Positions 1 to 13,587 of a stretch of 64,000 nucleotides of DNA are shown here, piece after piece. Each line of letters begins with the position of its first letter. Positions within the stretch are counted from its first letter, which is position 1. The notes under the pieces were generated by a model. The model was not told the origin of the DNA, ran no database searches, and saw nothing but the letters and a program-made list of their open reading frames with translations. The DNA is from Verrucomicrobiales bacterium (GTDB lineage Bacteria > Verrucomicrobiota > Verrucomicrobiia > Verrucomicrobiales > V1-33): positions 16,453-80,452 of the forward strand of contig JAQGPJ010000003.1 of the NCBI GenBank assembly GCA_028293125.1. The letters run 5' to 3'. The position numbers were made by a program, and so were the translations under genes.

Positions 1-143
1 AGAAAGGCTTCCGGAAGTTCAAGGAGCTGACGGACTCCACCATGGTGGTGGTTGTCGGCCTGGTCATTCTGGGAGCCTACGTGGCCGGATGGGACTTCAT
101 CATGGTGTATGTGATGAAGTTTCTCACCCTCGGTCTCAAGTAG
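1..143 (+). CDS. secE: preprotein translocase subunit SecE, C-terminal fragment (5' end outside window)
   Basis: The frame starting at nt 3 reads KGFRKFKELTDSTMVVVVGLVILGAYVAGWDFIMVYVMKFLTLGLK*. This is one hydrophobic helix ending 79 nt before nusG. The position and topology fit the SecE C-terminus. Confidence 0.6.
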   Translation, partial: KGFRKFKELTDSTMVVVVGLVILGAYVAGWDFIMVYVMKFLTLGLK

Positions 144-221
144 ATCAGGGTTGCAGTCCCGGCGGTCTGATGACCGGCGGGACGCTTTTGTGTTTTCCAA
201 TTTCATTTTCACCGCCGCCCC

Positions 222-791
222 ATGGGAGCCATTCCAGCCGCCAGAGACCAATGGTATGTCATTCACGTTCTTTCCGGACAGGAGCAGAAAGTGTGTGACA
301 ATATCAGACGGCGCATTGTCACCGAGGAGATGGGTGAATTGGTATACGAAATTCTCCTGCCGCAGGAGCGCGTGTCCGAAGTCAAAAACGGCCAGAAGCG
401 CGAGTCCAAGCGCAAGTTCTTCCCCGGCTATCTGCTCGTGAACATGAGCCTGATGACAGAGCAGGGGGGACTGGTGGACCGCACGTGGTATTTCATCAAG
501 GACACCCCTGGCGTCATCAATTTCGCCGGCACCAAGGACAAGCCCACTCCGATGCGTCCGAAGGAGGTGGAGCAGATGATCCTTCAGATCCGCGAACGCG
601 CGGACAACGTGAAGCCGAAGATCGCGTTTGAGGTCGGCGACACGGTCAAGGTGGCCGACGGGCCCTTCGAATCCCAGACGGGCATCGTGGAGGAGATCGA
701 TCCCGACAAGGGCAAGCTCCGCGTCTCCGTCAGTATCTTTGGCCGTTCCACTCCGGTCGATCTCGAATACTGGCAGGTCGAAAAAGGCTAA
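222..791 (+). CDS. nusG: transcription termination/antitermination factor NusG
   Basis: 189-aa ORF with an NGN-type N-terminus (QWYVIHVLSGQEQKV) and a KOW motif (GDTVKVADGPFESQTGIVEEID). It sits in the canonical place between secE and rplK. Confidence 0.95.
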   Translation: MGAIPAARDQWYVIHVLSGQEQKVCDNIRRRIVTEEMGELVYEILLPQERVSEVKNGQKRESKRKFFPGYLLVNMSLMTEQGGLVDRTWYFIKDTPGVINFAGTKDKPTPMRPKEVEQMILQIRERADNVKPKIAFEVGDTVKVADGPFESQTGIVEEIDPDKGKLRVSVSIFGRSTPVDLEYWQVEKG

Positions 792-854
792 GTCACACCG
801 TTCCGTTCCTTTTCCCCGTCCGCTTTACCGCTCCTTTTCCAAACTTCCCAAGTC

Positions 855-1280
855 ATGGCCAAAGAAATCGTCAAAATCATCAAGCTCCAGATCCCTGCCG
901 GAGCCGCCAATCCCGCTCCCCCTGTCGGCCCTGCTCTTGGTCAGGCCGGTGTGAACATCATGATGTTCTGCAAGGAGTTCAACGCGCAGACCCAGAAGGC
1001 CGCCGGTGACATCCTGCCCGTGGTCATCACAGTGTACAAGGACAAGTCCTTCACCTTCATCACCAAGCAGCCTCCCGCCAGCCTGCTGCTGAAGAAAGCT
1101 GCCGGCATCGCCTCCGGTTCCAAGGTGCCCCACAAGGAGAAGGTTGCTAAACTCACCCGCGCCCAGGTGGAGGCCGTCGTGAAGCAGAAGATGCCCGACC
1201 TCAACGCCAACAGCGAGCAGGCCGCCTACCGCATCATTGCCGGCACCGCCCGTCAGATGGGCATCGAAGTCGAAGCCTGA
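855..1280 (+). CDS. rplK: 50S ribosomal protein L11
   Basis: 141 aa with the hallmark L11 N-terminal motif [31 protein letters not shown]. The nusG-rplK-rplA order is conserved. Confidence 0.97.
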   Translation: MAKEIVKIIKLQIPAGAANPAPPVGPALGQAGVNIMMFCKEFNAQTQKAAGDILPVVITVYKDKSFTFITKQPPASLLLKKAAGIASGSKVPHKEKVAKLTRAQVEAVVKQKMPDLNANSEQAAYRIIAGTARQMGIEVEA

Positions 1281-1300
1281 GCCATCGTCCTCAAAATTTT

Positions 1301-1353
1301 TCAGTCTTCAATCCTCCGCTCCGGCAGTCGCCGGGTTCAGGGTTGAAGACTGA
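1301..1353 (+). promoter_or_regulatory. long stem-loop in the rplK-rplA spacer (possible L1 autoregulatory or attenuator element)
   Basis: A perfect 11-bp inverted repeat, tcagtcttcaa (1301-1311) / ttgaagactga (1343-1353), is extendable to about 15 bp. It has an inner ccggc/gccgg hairpin and no U-run follows. The functional assignment is inference only. Confidence 0.3.
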
Positions 1354-1498
1354 TTGTTCAAAACACCAAACACCGCAGGAGGGAAAACGGAATCCCTTCG
1401 GCAGTTTCAAAACCGGGAAGCAGCACCCCCTGAAGGCGCTGTGGAGTGAAAAACCGGACTGCTGAAAATTTTCCACCCCGCTCGCACTGCATTCCGCC

Positions 1499-2200
1499 AT
1501 GCCCAGCCACCGTTCCAAACGCTACGTCGCCGCTTCCAAGCAGGTTGACGCCACCAAGTCCCACAGCTTTGACGATGCCATGGAGCTTCTCAAGAAGCTG
1601 CCGGCTCCGAAATTCGACCAGTCCGTAACCATTTCCATGCACATGGGAGTGGATCCGAAAAAGGGTGAACAGATGATCCGCTCCACCTGCTCCCTGCCGC
1701 ACGGCACGGGTAAAAAGGTGACCGTTCTCGTCTTCGCCCAGGGGGCCGCCGCCCAGGCTGCCCGCGACGCCGGCGCGGATTATGTGGGTTATGAGGACCT
1801 CGTGCAGAAAGTGCAGGGTGGTTTCCTGGACTTCGACAGCGCCGTGGCCACTCCGGACTGCATGACGGAAGTCCGTAAACTCGCCCGTATCCTCGGTCCC
1901 CGCGGCCTGATGCCAAACCCGAAGACCGGCACCGTCACCGAGGATCCTGCCAGTGCCACCCGCGCCCTCAAAGCCGGCCGTGTGAACTTCAAGCTGGACA
2001 AGAACGGCAACATTTCCATGCCGGTCGGCAAGGTGTCCTTCAACGTGAACCAGCTGGTGGAGAACGCCACTGCGGCCATCGACGCCGTGCAGCGCGCCAA
2101 GCCCGCCACCGCCCGCGGCCGCTACATTGAAAGCATCCACGTGACGGCCACCATGACCCCCTCCGTCTCCGTGGACAGCTCCAAATACGTCAAATTCTGA
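1499..2200 (+). CDS. rplA: 50S ribosomal protein L1
   Basis: 233 aa. The sequence (KRYVAASKQVD..., MHMGVDPKKGEQMIR, LGPRGLMPNPKTGTV) is typical L1, and the position after rplK fits. Confidence 0.97.
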   Translation: MPSHRSKRYVAASKQVDATKSHSFDDAMELLKKLPAPKFDQSVTISMHMGVDPKKGEQMIRSTCSLPHGTGKKVTVLVFAQGAAAQAARDAGADYVGYEDLVQKVQGGFLDFDSAVATPDCMTEVRKLARILGPRGLMPNPKTGTVTEDPASATRALKAGRVNFKLDKNGNISMPVGKVSFNVNQLVENATAAIDAVQRAKPATARGRYIESIHVTATMTPSVSVDSSKYVKF

Positions 2201-2242
2201 GCCCTGCCCGGTCACTGAACCCTTAAAAAGGACCTATTTTTC

Positions 2243-2776
2243 ATGAATCCTGACAAAAAAGTCATCGTTGATCAGCTGCTCGGCCGCATTAACAAATCTC
2301 CTTACGTCCTTCTCGTGGACTACACCGGCATGACCGTGCCGCAGTTCAACGAGATCCGCAAACGCCTGCGCGGCGTGGGATCCAATCTCCACGTCACCAA
2401 AAACAGCTACGTCAAGGCCGCCGGGACCGACCGCGGTTTTCCTGAGGAGCTCAACGCCGACCTCAAAGGCCAGACGGCCATCGTGTTCGGTGAGTCCGAC
2501 GTCTGCCGCGCGGCCCAGGTGGTGAAGAAATTCCGCACCGAAACCAAAAAGCCCGGCATCAAGAGCGGTGTGCTCGACGGCACGCTCCTCAGCCCTGAGA
2601 AGGTTGAGACTCTGGCCGATGTGGGCAGCCGCGAGGACCTCCTCTCCACCCTCCTCGGGGTCATCAACGCCCCCGGCTCCTCCATCGCCCGCGCCATCCG
2701 CGCCAAGGCGGAGAAGGACGGCGGCCCCGCTGAACCGGCACCGACCGAACCACCCGCCGAGGAAGCCGCAGCCTGA
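2243..2776 (+). CDS. rplJ: 50S ribosomal protein L10
   Basis: 177 aa with an L10-like N-terminus (KKVIVDQLLGRINKSPYVLLVDYTGMTVPQFNEIRKRLR), located directly upstream of rplL. It has an Ala/Pro/Glu-rich tail. Confidence 0.93.
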   Translation: MNPDKKVIVDQLLGRINKSPYVLLVDYTGMTVPQFNEIRKRLRGVGSNLHVTKNSYVKAAGTDRGFPEELNADLKGQTAIVFGESDVCRAAQVVKKFRTETKKPGIKSGVLDGTLLSPEKVETLADVGSREDLLSTLLGVINAPGSSIARAIRAKAEKDGGPAEPAPTEPPAEEAAA

Positions 2777-2940
2777 GTCCTGAACGGTCCGGCAAACGTA
2801 AATACTTTCCCCTGCTGCCTTTAAACAGCCGGGGATTTCCCCAAAAGCAAAACCAACCAACCTCAGTTCCTTGCCGGGTTGACGGCTGTCAATCTCAATA
2901 AGTCCGGGGCTCCGGATCACGGCGACACTGAACCCAGTAT

Positions 2941-3309
2941 ATGGCAGACTTAGCAAAAATCATCGACGACCTCAGCGCTCTCACCATCCTCGAGGCCTCC
3001 GATCTCGTCAAACAGCTTGAGGCGAAATGGGGCGTCAGCGCCGCCGCTCCCGCCAGTGGCGGTCCTGCGGCCCCGACCGCCGTTGTCGAGGAGAAGACCG
3101 AGTTCGATGTCGTCCTCGTTGAGGGCGGCCCGAACAAGATCGCGGTCATTAAAGAAGTCCGCGGCGCGGTGTCCGGTCTCGGCCTCGCCGAAGCCAAGGC
3201 CCTCGTCGAAGGCGCTCCCAAGGTGCTCAAGAGCGGCATTCCCAAGGCCGAAGCCGAGGAAATCAAGAAGAAGATCGAGACCGCCGGCGCCAAGGTCGAA
3301 ATCAGGTAA
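2941..3309 (+). CDS. rplL: 50S ribosomal protein L7/L12
   Basis: 122 aa with the dimerisation N-terminus, an Ala/Pro hinge, and the C-terminal domain ([32 protein letters not shown]...[11 protein letters not shown]). Confidence 0.97.
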   Translation: MADLAKIIDDLSALTILEASDLVKQLEAKWGVSAAAPASGGPAAPTAVVEEKTEFDVVLVEGGPNKIAVIKEVRGAVSGLGLAEAKALVEGAPKVLKSGIPKAEAEEIKKKIETAGAKVEIR

Positions 3310-3324
3310 CTTCCGTTTTATTTC

Positions 3325-3363
3325 AGCCGGTGCCCCGGGCTTGTTCCCGGGCACCGGCTTTTC
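3325..3363 (+). terminator. rho-independent terminator/attenuator between rplL and rpoB
   Basis: A GC-rich hairpin agccggtgccccggg / cccgggcaccggct is followed by tttt(c). It starts 16 nt after the rplL stop. A partial terminator at this position is classical for rplJL-rpoBC operons. Confidence 0.6.
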
Positions 3364-3528
3364 CCGCAAAACTCCGTTGCCTCACCCGCAATCCGTCCGC
3401 TCCCCCGTTCTTTTCTTATTTTTCAAGCCGCTCAATCTGCCCGCCTTCAGGATTCCCCATCCGCCCACGATTTTCCGCCCCCGTTTGAACAGTCCCGCTT
3501 TTCCCTTCAGTCTCTAAACCGTATCCAA

Positions 3529-3573
3529 GTATGACGTTCCGCCTCTGAGTTATCAGGGGGCGGAACCTCATAC
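3529..3573 (+). promoter_or_regulatory. extended hairpin in the rpoB 5' leader (possible RNA processing site)
   Basis: gtatgacgttccgcc (3529-3543) pairs with ggcggaacctcatac (3559-3573), giving about 14 of 15 pairs. No U-run follows. The function is inferred by analogy with processing sites in the E. coli rplL-rpoB spacer. Confidence 0.3.
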
Positions 3574-3661
3574 TTCTTCGCGTTTTTGCGTCCCTCCGTT
3601 TTTCCGCTTTTTCAAGCTTCGCCGCCGCCGTCCCACGTTTAACCCATAGTCACCAGCCACC

Positions 3662-6600
3662 ATGTCAGACCGTCTCCAATTTGGCAAGATCAAGGAAGTG
3701 CTCGAGCCCCCGAATCTGATTGAGGTCCAGCTCAATTCCTACCGCGAGTTTCTCCAAAAGGAAACGTCGGCCCACAAGCGGACCATTATCGGTCTGCAGT
3801 CCGTGTTCAAGGAAGTGTTTCCCATCGAGAGCTACGACAACAAAGTCGTTCTCGATTTCGCGCACTACGAAGTTGGCGAGCCCAAGCTGACTGCCCACCA
3901 GGCCCAGCGGGATGGGGAAACCTTCAGCGCGCCGCTGTATGTCACCTTCACCCTGAAGGATGAGACCGGCACCAAGGAGGAACGGGTTTATATGGGCGAG
4001 CTGCCCCTGATGACCGACCGCGGCACCTTTGTGATCAACGGAGCCGAGCGGGTGGTCGTCTCCCAGCTGCACCGCTCCCCCGGCATCTGCTTTGAGATGA
4101 ACCTGCATCTCAACGGCAAGCCTCTGCACGGTTTCCGCATCATTCCCGACCGCGGCTCGTGGCTGGAGGTGCAGTTCGACACCAACGACCTGCTCTACGT
4201 CTACCTCGACCGCCGCCGCCGCCGCCGCAAGTTCCTCGCCACCACCTTCCTCCGCGCCATCGGCTACGGGAAGGACGAGGACATCATCAAGCAGTTCTAC
4301 CACATTGAGGACCTGAAGCTGAAGGCCAGCCTGGATGAGGCCGAGCTCAGCTCCAAAGTGCTCTTCAACGATGTCATCGCCGATGAAGTGGTGGTGGCCA
4401 AGGCCTACGAGCCGCTGACCCCCGGCATCATCGGGGCCCTGATGGATCTGGGCCACAAAATCGCCAAGGTGATCACCGTCTCCGCGGACGACCTGCTCCT
4501 GAAATCCCTCAAAAAGGATCCGGCCAAGGACGAGGAGGAGGCGCTGAAGGACATCTACCGCCGTCTGCGCCCGGGGGATCCCCCCACCGTGCCGAACGCC
4601 CGCGCCCTGTTGAAGCGCCTGTTCTTCGACCCGAAGAAGTACGACCTCACCAGGGTGGGCCGCTACAAGATCAACCAGAAGCTGAACCTGAAGATCGGCG
4701 AGGAGGAGCGCGTGCTGCTGCCCTCCGACTTTGTGGCCTCCATCCGCTACCTGCTCAAGCTGCGCCAGGGCGAGGGCATTCTGGACGACATTGACCACCT
4801 TGGCAGCCGCCGTGTGCGTGCCGTGGGTGAACTCCTCTCCAACCAGTGCCGCGTGGGTCTGGCCCGCACGGAGCGTCTGGTGAAGGAGCGCATGACCCTC
4901 TTCGACGTCAATCTGGAGGGCATGACCCCGCAGAAGCTGATCAACCCCAAAGCCCTGTCCGCTGTGGTGCGCGACTTCTTCGGCCGGTCCCAGCTTTCCC
5001 AGTTCATGGACCAGACCAACCCTCTGGCCGAACTGACCCACAAGCGCCGCCTCTCCGCCCTCGGGCCCGGAGGTCTGAACCGCGACCGCGCGGGCTTTGA
5101 GGTGCGTGACGTGCATCCCTCCCACTATGGCCGCATCTGCCCGATTGAGACCCCTGAAGGTCCGAACATCGGTCTGATCAACTCCATGTCCACCTTTGCC
5201 CGGATCAACGATTTCGGGTTTATCGAGACCCCTTACCGCAAAATCGTGAACGGCATGGTCCAGGACAAGCTGGAATACCTCACCGCCGACCAAGAGGAGA
5301 CCCACAAGATCGCCCAGGCCAACAATCCGTTGAATGCCGATGGCTCCTTCGTGAAGCCGAAGATCACGGTGCGCTACCGCGGGGACTTCCTCGAGGTGGA
5401 GCCCAAGGAATCCAACTACATGGACGTCAGTCCCAAACAGCTGGTCTCCATCGCCGCCGGCCTGATTCCCTTCCTGGAACACGATGACGCCAATCGCGCG
5501 CTGATGGGATCAAACATGCAGCGCCAGGGGGTGCCGCTTCTGGTCACCGAGGCACCGCTCATCGGCACCGGCTTGGAGGGCAAGGCCGCCCGCGACTCCC
5601 GCGCCGTGGTCACCGCCGAGAAGGACTGCAAAGGCAAGGTGGCCGCCGCCACCGCCGAGGTGATCATCATCACCAAGGATGGCAAGCTGCCCTGCACGGA
5701 CGCGGAGTTCCTGGCCGACCCCTTCTGCGTGAAGCACAACCCCGACAAGGGCGTGTGGGTCCTGCCGCTGCGCAAGTTCATGCGCTCCAATGCCGGCACC
5801 TGCATGAACCAGAAGCCCCTCATCCGCCGCGGCGACACTGTGCGCCCCGGCGATGTGCTGGCGGACGGTCCCTGCACGGACAAGGGTGAACTGGCCCTGG
5901 GCCGCAACGTGATGGTCGCGTTCATGCCTTGGAACGGCTACAACTTCGAGGACGCCATCACCATTTCCCATAAGGTGGTGAAGGAGGACATCTACACGTC
6001 CATCCACATTGAGGAATTCGAGGTCGGAGCCCGCGACACCAAGCTCGGTCCCGAGGAAATCACGCGGGACATCCCGAACGTAGGGGAGGACGCCCTGAAG
6101 AACCTGAGCGCCGACGGTGTGGTCCGCATCGGCGCCGAGGTGAAGCCCGGCGACATCCTGGTCGGCAAGATCACACCCAAGTCCGAGACGGAGCTGGCCC
6201 CTGAGGAGCGTCTGCTGCGCGCCATCTTCGGTGAGAAGGCCGCCGATGTGAAGGACACCTCCCTGCGTGTGCCCTCCGGCTGCACCGGCATCGTCATGGA
6301 TGTCCGCGTCTCCAGCCGCAAGGACAACGCCAAGGAGCGTGTCTCCGCCGCCGAAAGCCGCAAGCAGACCAAGCAGATCGAGGAGGAGTTTAAAACCAAG
6401 CACACAGAACTCGTCGAGCAGCTCACCGAGAAGCTCGCCGACATCCTCCTTGGTGAGAAAATCCCGCTCGACGTGGTCAACGCCCAGACCGGTGAGATCC
6501 TCGTTCCCGCGAACAAGAAGATCACCAAGGCCCTCCTCGCCCGCGTGGCTGAGGCCCACGACCACATCGACATCGATCCCAGCCCGGTGCGGAACAAGAT

Positions 6601-7498
6601 CTTCGACATCATCGGAGCCTCCGAGCAAAAATTCGCCGAACTCGAGGAGGAGCGCGAAGCCGCGCTCGACAAGGTGGAGGCCGGCGACGAGCCCGACAAC
6701 GGCATTGTCAAGCAGGTGAAGGTCTACATCGCGTCCAAGCGGAAACTCTCCGTGGGTGACAAGATGGCCGGACGCCACGGCAACAAGGGGGTGGTCGCCA
6801 AGATCGTTCCCGAGGAGGACATGCCGTTCCTGGAGGACGGCACCCCGGTGGACATCGTGCTGAACCCGCTGGGCGTGCCCAGCCGCATGAACGTCGGACA
6901 GGTTCTGGAAACCCACCTCGGGGTGGCCGCCCGTGCCTTGGGGCTGAAGGTGGCGACTCCCGTCTTTGACGGTATTCCCGAGGAGCGGATCATGGGCTAC
7001 CTGAAGGAGGCCAAGGAGACGACCGCCATGAGCTGGATCGGCCTGAACGGCAAATCCACGCTCTATGACGGCCGCACCGGCGAGCCCTTCCACCAGGATG
7101 TCGTGGTCGGCATCATCTACATGATGAAGCTGGGACACCTTGTCGCCGACAAGATCCATGCCCGCGCCGTCGGCCCTTACAGCCTCGTGACACAGCAGCC
7201 TCTGGGCGGCAAGGCTCAGTACGGTGGCCAGCGCTTCGGGGAAATGGAGGTCTGGGCGCTCGAAGCCTACGGTGCCGCCTACACCCTCCAGGAGCTCCTC
7301 ACCGTCAAATCCGACGACGTGCAGGGCCGCACCCGGATCTACGAAAGCATCGTCAAGGGTGACAACACCCTGGAGGCCGGGACCCCGGAATCCTTCAACG
7401 TGCTGATCAAGGAAATGCAGTCCCTCGGCCTCGACGTGAAGGTCGCCAACTCCAAGGCCAACCTTGACGGTGGCGGTCTCGGAGCTCTGACAGCCTGA
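3662..7498 (+). CDS. rpoB: DNA-directed RNA polymerase subunit beta
   Basis: 1278 aa with conserved beta-subunit blocks ([71 protein letters not shown]). Confidence 0.99.
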   Translation: MSDRLQFGKIKEVLEPPNLIEVQLNSYREFLQKETSAHKRTIIGLQSVFKEVFPIESYDNKVVLDFAHYEVGEPKLTAHQAQRDGETFSAPLYVTFTLKDETGTKEERVYMGELPLMTDRGTFVINGAERVVVSQLHRSPGICFEMNLHLNGKPLHGFRIIPDRGSWLEVQFDTNDLLYVYLDRRRRRRKFLATTFLRAIGYGKDEDIIKQFYHIEDLKLKASLDEAELSSKVLFNDVIADEVVVAKAYEPLTPGIIGALMDLGHKIAKVITVSADDLLLKSLKKDPAKDEEEALKDIYRRLRPGDPPTVPNARALLKRLFFDPKKYDLTRVGRYKINQKLNLKIGEEERVLLPSDFVASIRYLLKLRQGEGILDDIDHLGSRRVRAVGELLSNQCRVGLARTERLVKERMTLFDVNLEGMTPQKLINPKALSAVVRDFFGRSQLSQFMDQTNPLAELTHKRRLSALGPGGLNRDRAGFEVRDVHPSHYGRICPIETPEGPNIGLINSMSTFARINDFGFIETPYRKIVNGMVQDKLEYLTADQEETHKIAQANNPLNADGSFVKPKITVRYRGDFLEVEPKESNYMDVSPKQLVSIAAGLIPFLEHDDANRALMGSNMQRQGVPLLVTEAPLIGTGLEGKAARDSRAVVTAEKDCKGKVAAATAEVIIITKDGKLPCTDAEFLADPFCVKHNPDKGVWVLPLRKFMRSNAGTCMNQKPLIRRGDTVRPGDVLADGPCTDKGELALGRNVMVAFMPWNGYNFEDAITISHKVVKEDIYTSIHIEEFEVGARDTKLGPEEITRDIPNVGEDALKNLSADGVVRIGAEVKPGDILVGKITPKSETELAPEERLLRAIFGEKAADVKDTSLRVPSGCTGIVMDVRVSSRKDNAKERVSAAESRKQTKQIEEEFKTKHTELVEQLTEKLADILLGEKIPLDVVNAQTGEILVPANKKITKALLARVAEAHDHIDIDPSPVRNKIFDIIGASEQKFAELEEEREAALDKVEAGDEPDNGIVKQVKVYIASKRKLSVGDKMAGRHGNKGVVAKIVPEEDMPFLEDGTPVDIVLNPLGVPSRMNVGQVLETHLGVAARALGLKVATPVFDGIPEERIMGYLKEAKETTAMSWIGLNGKSTLYDGRTGEPFHQDVVVGIIYMMKLGHLVADKIHARAVGPYSLVTQQPLGGKAQYGGQRFGEMEVWALEAYGAAYTLQELLTVKSDDVQGRTRIYESIVKGDNTLEAGTPESFNVLIKEMQSLGLDVKVANSKANLDGGGLGALTA

Positions 7499-7589
7499 CC
7501 GGATGGTTTTTCACGGGCGGCGGCGCCTCACCGCCCCGCCGCCCGCGCCTCTCATTCTTTCCTCTTTCCACTTTTCACTTCTTTTTCCT

Positions 7590-11732
<4,143 letters not shown>

Positions 11733-11790
11733 GTCCCATGCCGCCGGGCCGGGACTGATCCCGGCCGGCTGATAAGAAAATCCTCATCCG

Positions 11791-11829
11791 GCGCCGCAGT
11801 TTCCTTTTGGAGGCTGCGGCGCTTTTTTT
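11791..11829 (+). terminator. rho-independent terminator of rpoC
   Basis: The stem gcgccgcag (11791-11799) / ctgcggcgc (11814-11822) is followed by a T7 run (11823-11829), about 60 nt after the rpoC stop. Confidence 0.75.
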
Positions 11830-11887
11830 AGGGCCGGGCAGGGAGCGGAGGGAGGCTTTTCCCGATGGCCGCCGCCAGGATCCGGAC

Positions 11888-11922
11888 ATAAAAAAGCAGC
11901 CCGCCCGTCATGGGTGGGCTGC
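11888..11922 (-). terminator. rho-independent terminator of lysS
   Basis: The minus strand reads agcagcccaccc-atgac-gggcgggctgc followed by tttttt. It lies about 35 nt downstream of the lysS stop and is convergent with the rpoC terminator. Confidence 0.7.
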
Positions 11923-11954
11923 TCGTCCGTGGAGGGAAAAAGGCCGCGCCGCTA

Positions 11955-13445
11955 TTATTCGCGGTTCTTGAGCTGCGGGAAGAGCACCACGTCGCGGATG
12001 CTCTCGCTGCCGGTGAGCAGCATGACCAGGCGGTCGATGCCGATGCCGATACCGCCGGCGGGCGGCATGCCATGCTCCAAGGCCAGCAGGAACTCCTCAT
12101 CGATATTCTGCGTCTCCTCCCCGGCCTGGTGCATCAGGCGCGAGCGCTGGACATTGGGATCATTCAGTTCGGAGTAGCCAGGGCTGATCTCGACCCCGTT
12201 GATGATAAGCTCATACACGTCCACCACCCGGCCGTCGGCGCGGTTCTGCTTGGCCAGGGGCACGAGTTCCGTGGGCACATGGGTGACAAAGCAGGGATCA
12301 AAGGTTTTCTCCTCGATTTTCTTTTCAAACACCTGCTGGGTGACCTCGTAGTCCTCCATGCCGGGGGAAATCTCGACGCCCAGCTCGGCGCACCTTTCCC
12401 GGCGCTTTTCCGGAGTGTGTTCCCACCACTGGGGGTCCACCTGCTGCAGGAGTTCGCGGTAGGGCGTGCGCCGCCACGGGCGGGACAGGTCGATGGTGCG
12501 GACCACCAGGCCCTCCTCGTCCTTGTGCTCGATTTTCAGCGTGCCGCAGAAGGTTTCGGCCAGATGGCAGATCAGGTCCTCCACCATGTCCGCCATGACT
12601 TCGAAGTCCCCGTAGGCCTGATAGGCCTCCAGCATGGTGAATTCCGGATTGTGCCGACGGCTGATCCCCTCATTGCGGAAGTTGCGGTTCAGCTCAAAAA
12701 CCTTGGTGAACCCGCCCACCAGCAGCCGCTTCAGGTAAAGCTCGGGCGCGATGCGCAGGTAGAACGGCTGGCCCAAGGCATTGTGAAAGGTCTCGAAAGG
12801 CCGCGCCGCCGCACCGCCGGCCACGCCCTGAAGCATGGGGGTCTCCACCTCCAAATAGTCCAGATTGCCCAGATAACGCCGGATCTCCGACAGGACGCGG
12901 CTGCGCATCAGGAAGACCTCACGGCTGCGGGCGTTCGACATCAGGTCGAGGTAGCGCTGACGGTATTTAATCTCGCGGTCGGACACGCCGTGCCATTTGT
13001 CAGGCATGGGGCGCAGCGCCTTGGACAGCACCGTCAGGGCGGTGACCTTGATGGACGGTTCACCGGTTTTGGTGATGAAGGTTTCGCCCTCCACCCCCAG
13101 CCAGTCGCCGAGGTCGATGAGATCGCGAAAGAGGGCGAACACCTCCTCCGGCACGTTTTTAGCGTTCAGAAAGCACTGCATGCGCCCACCGATGTCCGAC
13201 ACATCGAAGAACAGCGTTTTACCCATGTCCCGCCGCGCGGAGACCCGGCCCGCCACGCGCACGGACAGCCCCTCGGCAAAGGCCTCCTGCAGGCCGCCGG
13301 GGGAATGCGTGGTGTCATACCGTCCGCCAAAAGGCTCATGGCCCAGCTCCTTCAGCTTCTCCAGTTTGGAGCGGCGGATGGCTAGCAATTCACTGTCGCC
13401 GGGAGTGGGCGGAGCAGGGACGGAATCTGTCGTCTGGGCAGTCAT
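11955..13445 (-). CDS. lysS: lysine--tRNA ligase (class II)
   Basis: 496 aa with an OB anticodon-binding N-domain and class II motifs (FRNEGISRRHNPEFTMLE, GMPPAGGIGIGIDRLVMLLTG). Confidence 0.97.
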   Translation of the reverse strand: MTAQTTDSVPAPPTPGDSELLAIRRSKLEKLKELGHEPFGGRYDTTHSPGGLQEAFAEGLSVRVAGRVSARRDMGKTLFFDVSDIGGRMQCFLNAKNVPEEVFALFRDLIDLGDWLGVEGETFITKTGEPSIKVTALTVLSKALRPMPDKWHGVSDREIKYRQRYLDLMSNARSREVFLMRSRVLSEIRRYLGNLDYLEVETPMLQGVAGGAAARPFETFHNALGQPFYLRIAPELYLKRLLVGGFTKVFELNRNFRNEGISRRHNPEFTMLEAYQAYGDFEVMADMVEDLICHLAETFCGTLKIEHKDEEGLVVRTIDLSRPWRRTPYRELLQQVDPQWWEHTPEKRRERCAELGVEISPGMEDYEVTQQVFEKKIEEKTFDPCFVTHVPTELVPLAKQNRADGRVVDVYELIINGVEISPGYSELNDPNVQRSRLMHQAGEETQNIDEEFLLALEHGMPPAGGIGIGIDRLVMLLTGSESIRDVVLFPQLKNRE

Positions 13446-13587
13446 GGGGCGGGAGACATGCCACGGCGGACTGGAAAAGCAAGAGCCGTGGGAGAGGAGG
13501 AATCAGCGGAAATCCGGAAAGCAGTCCGCCTTGGATGCGCAATGCCTTCCGGGTCGGAAATCCTGGAGCCGGCAGGGGCGGCGGCAA

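Noticed and set aside
3665-7159. Long minus-strand ORFs (605 aa at 3665-5482 and 549 aa at 5510-7159) antisense to rpoB
   Set aside because: They have typical GC-rich shadow-ORF composition (Gly/Ala/Arg/His/Leu/Val-rich, no motifs) and lie fully inside the unambiguous rpoB frame.
7503-7589. The N-terminal extension of rpoC in the ORF track ([17 protein letters not shown]...)
   Set aside because: It is low-complexity read-through beginning 4 nt after the rpoB stop. The conserved beta' N-terminus begins at ATG 7590. Similar upstream extensions were trimmed for trpE, asnS, the sulfatase, NIPSNAP, GIY-YIG, MoxR, DsbD and others.
11910-13385. A 491-aa plus-strand ORF opposite lysS
   Set aside because: It is a shadow ORF. 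lysS on the minus strand carries the full class II synthetase motifs.
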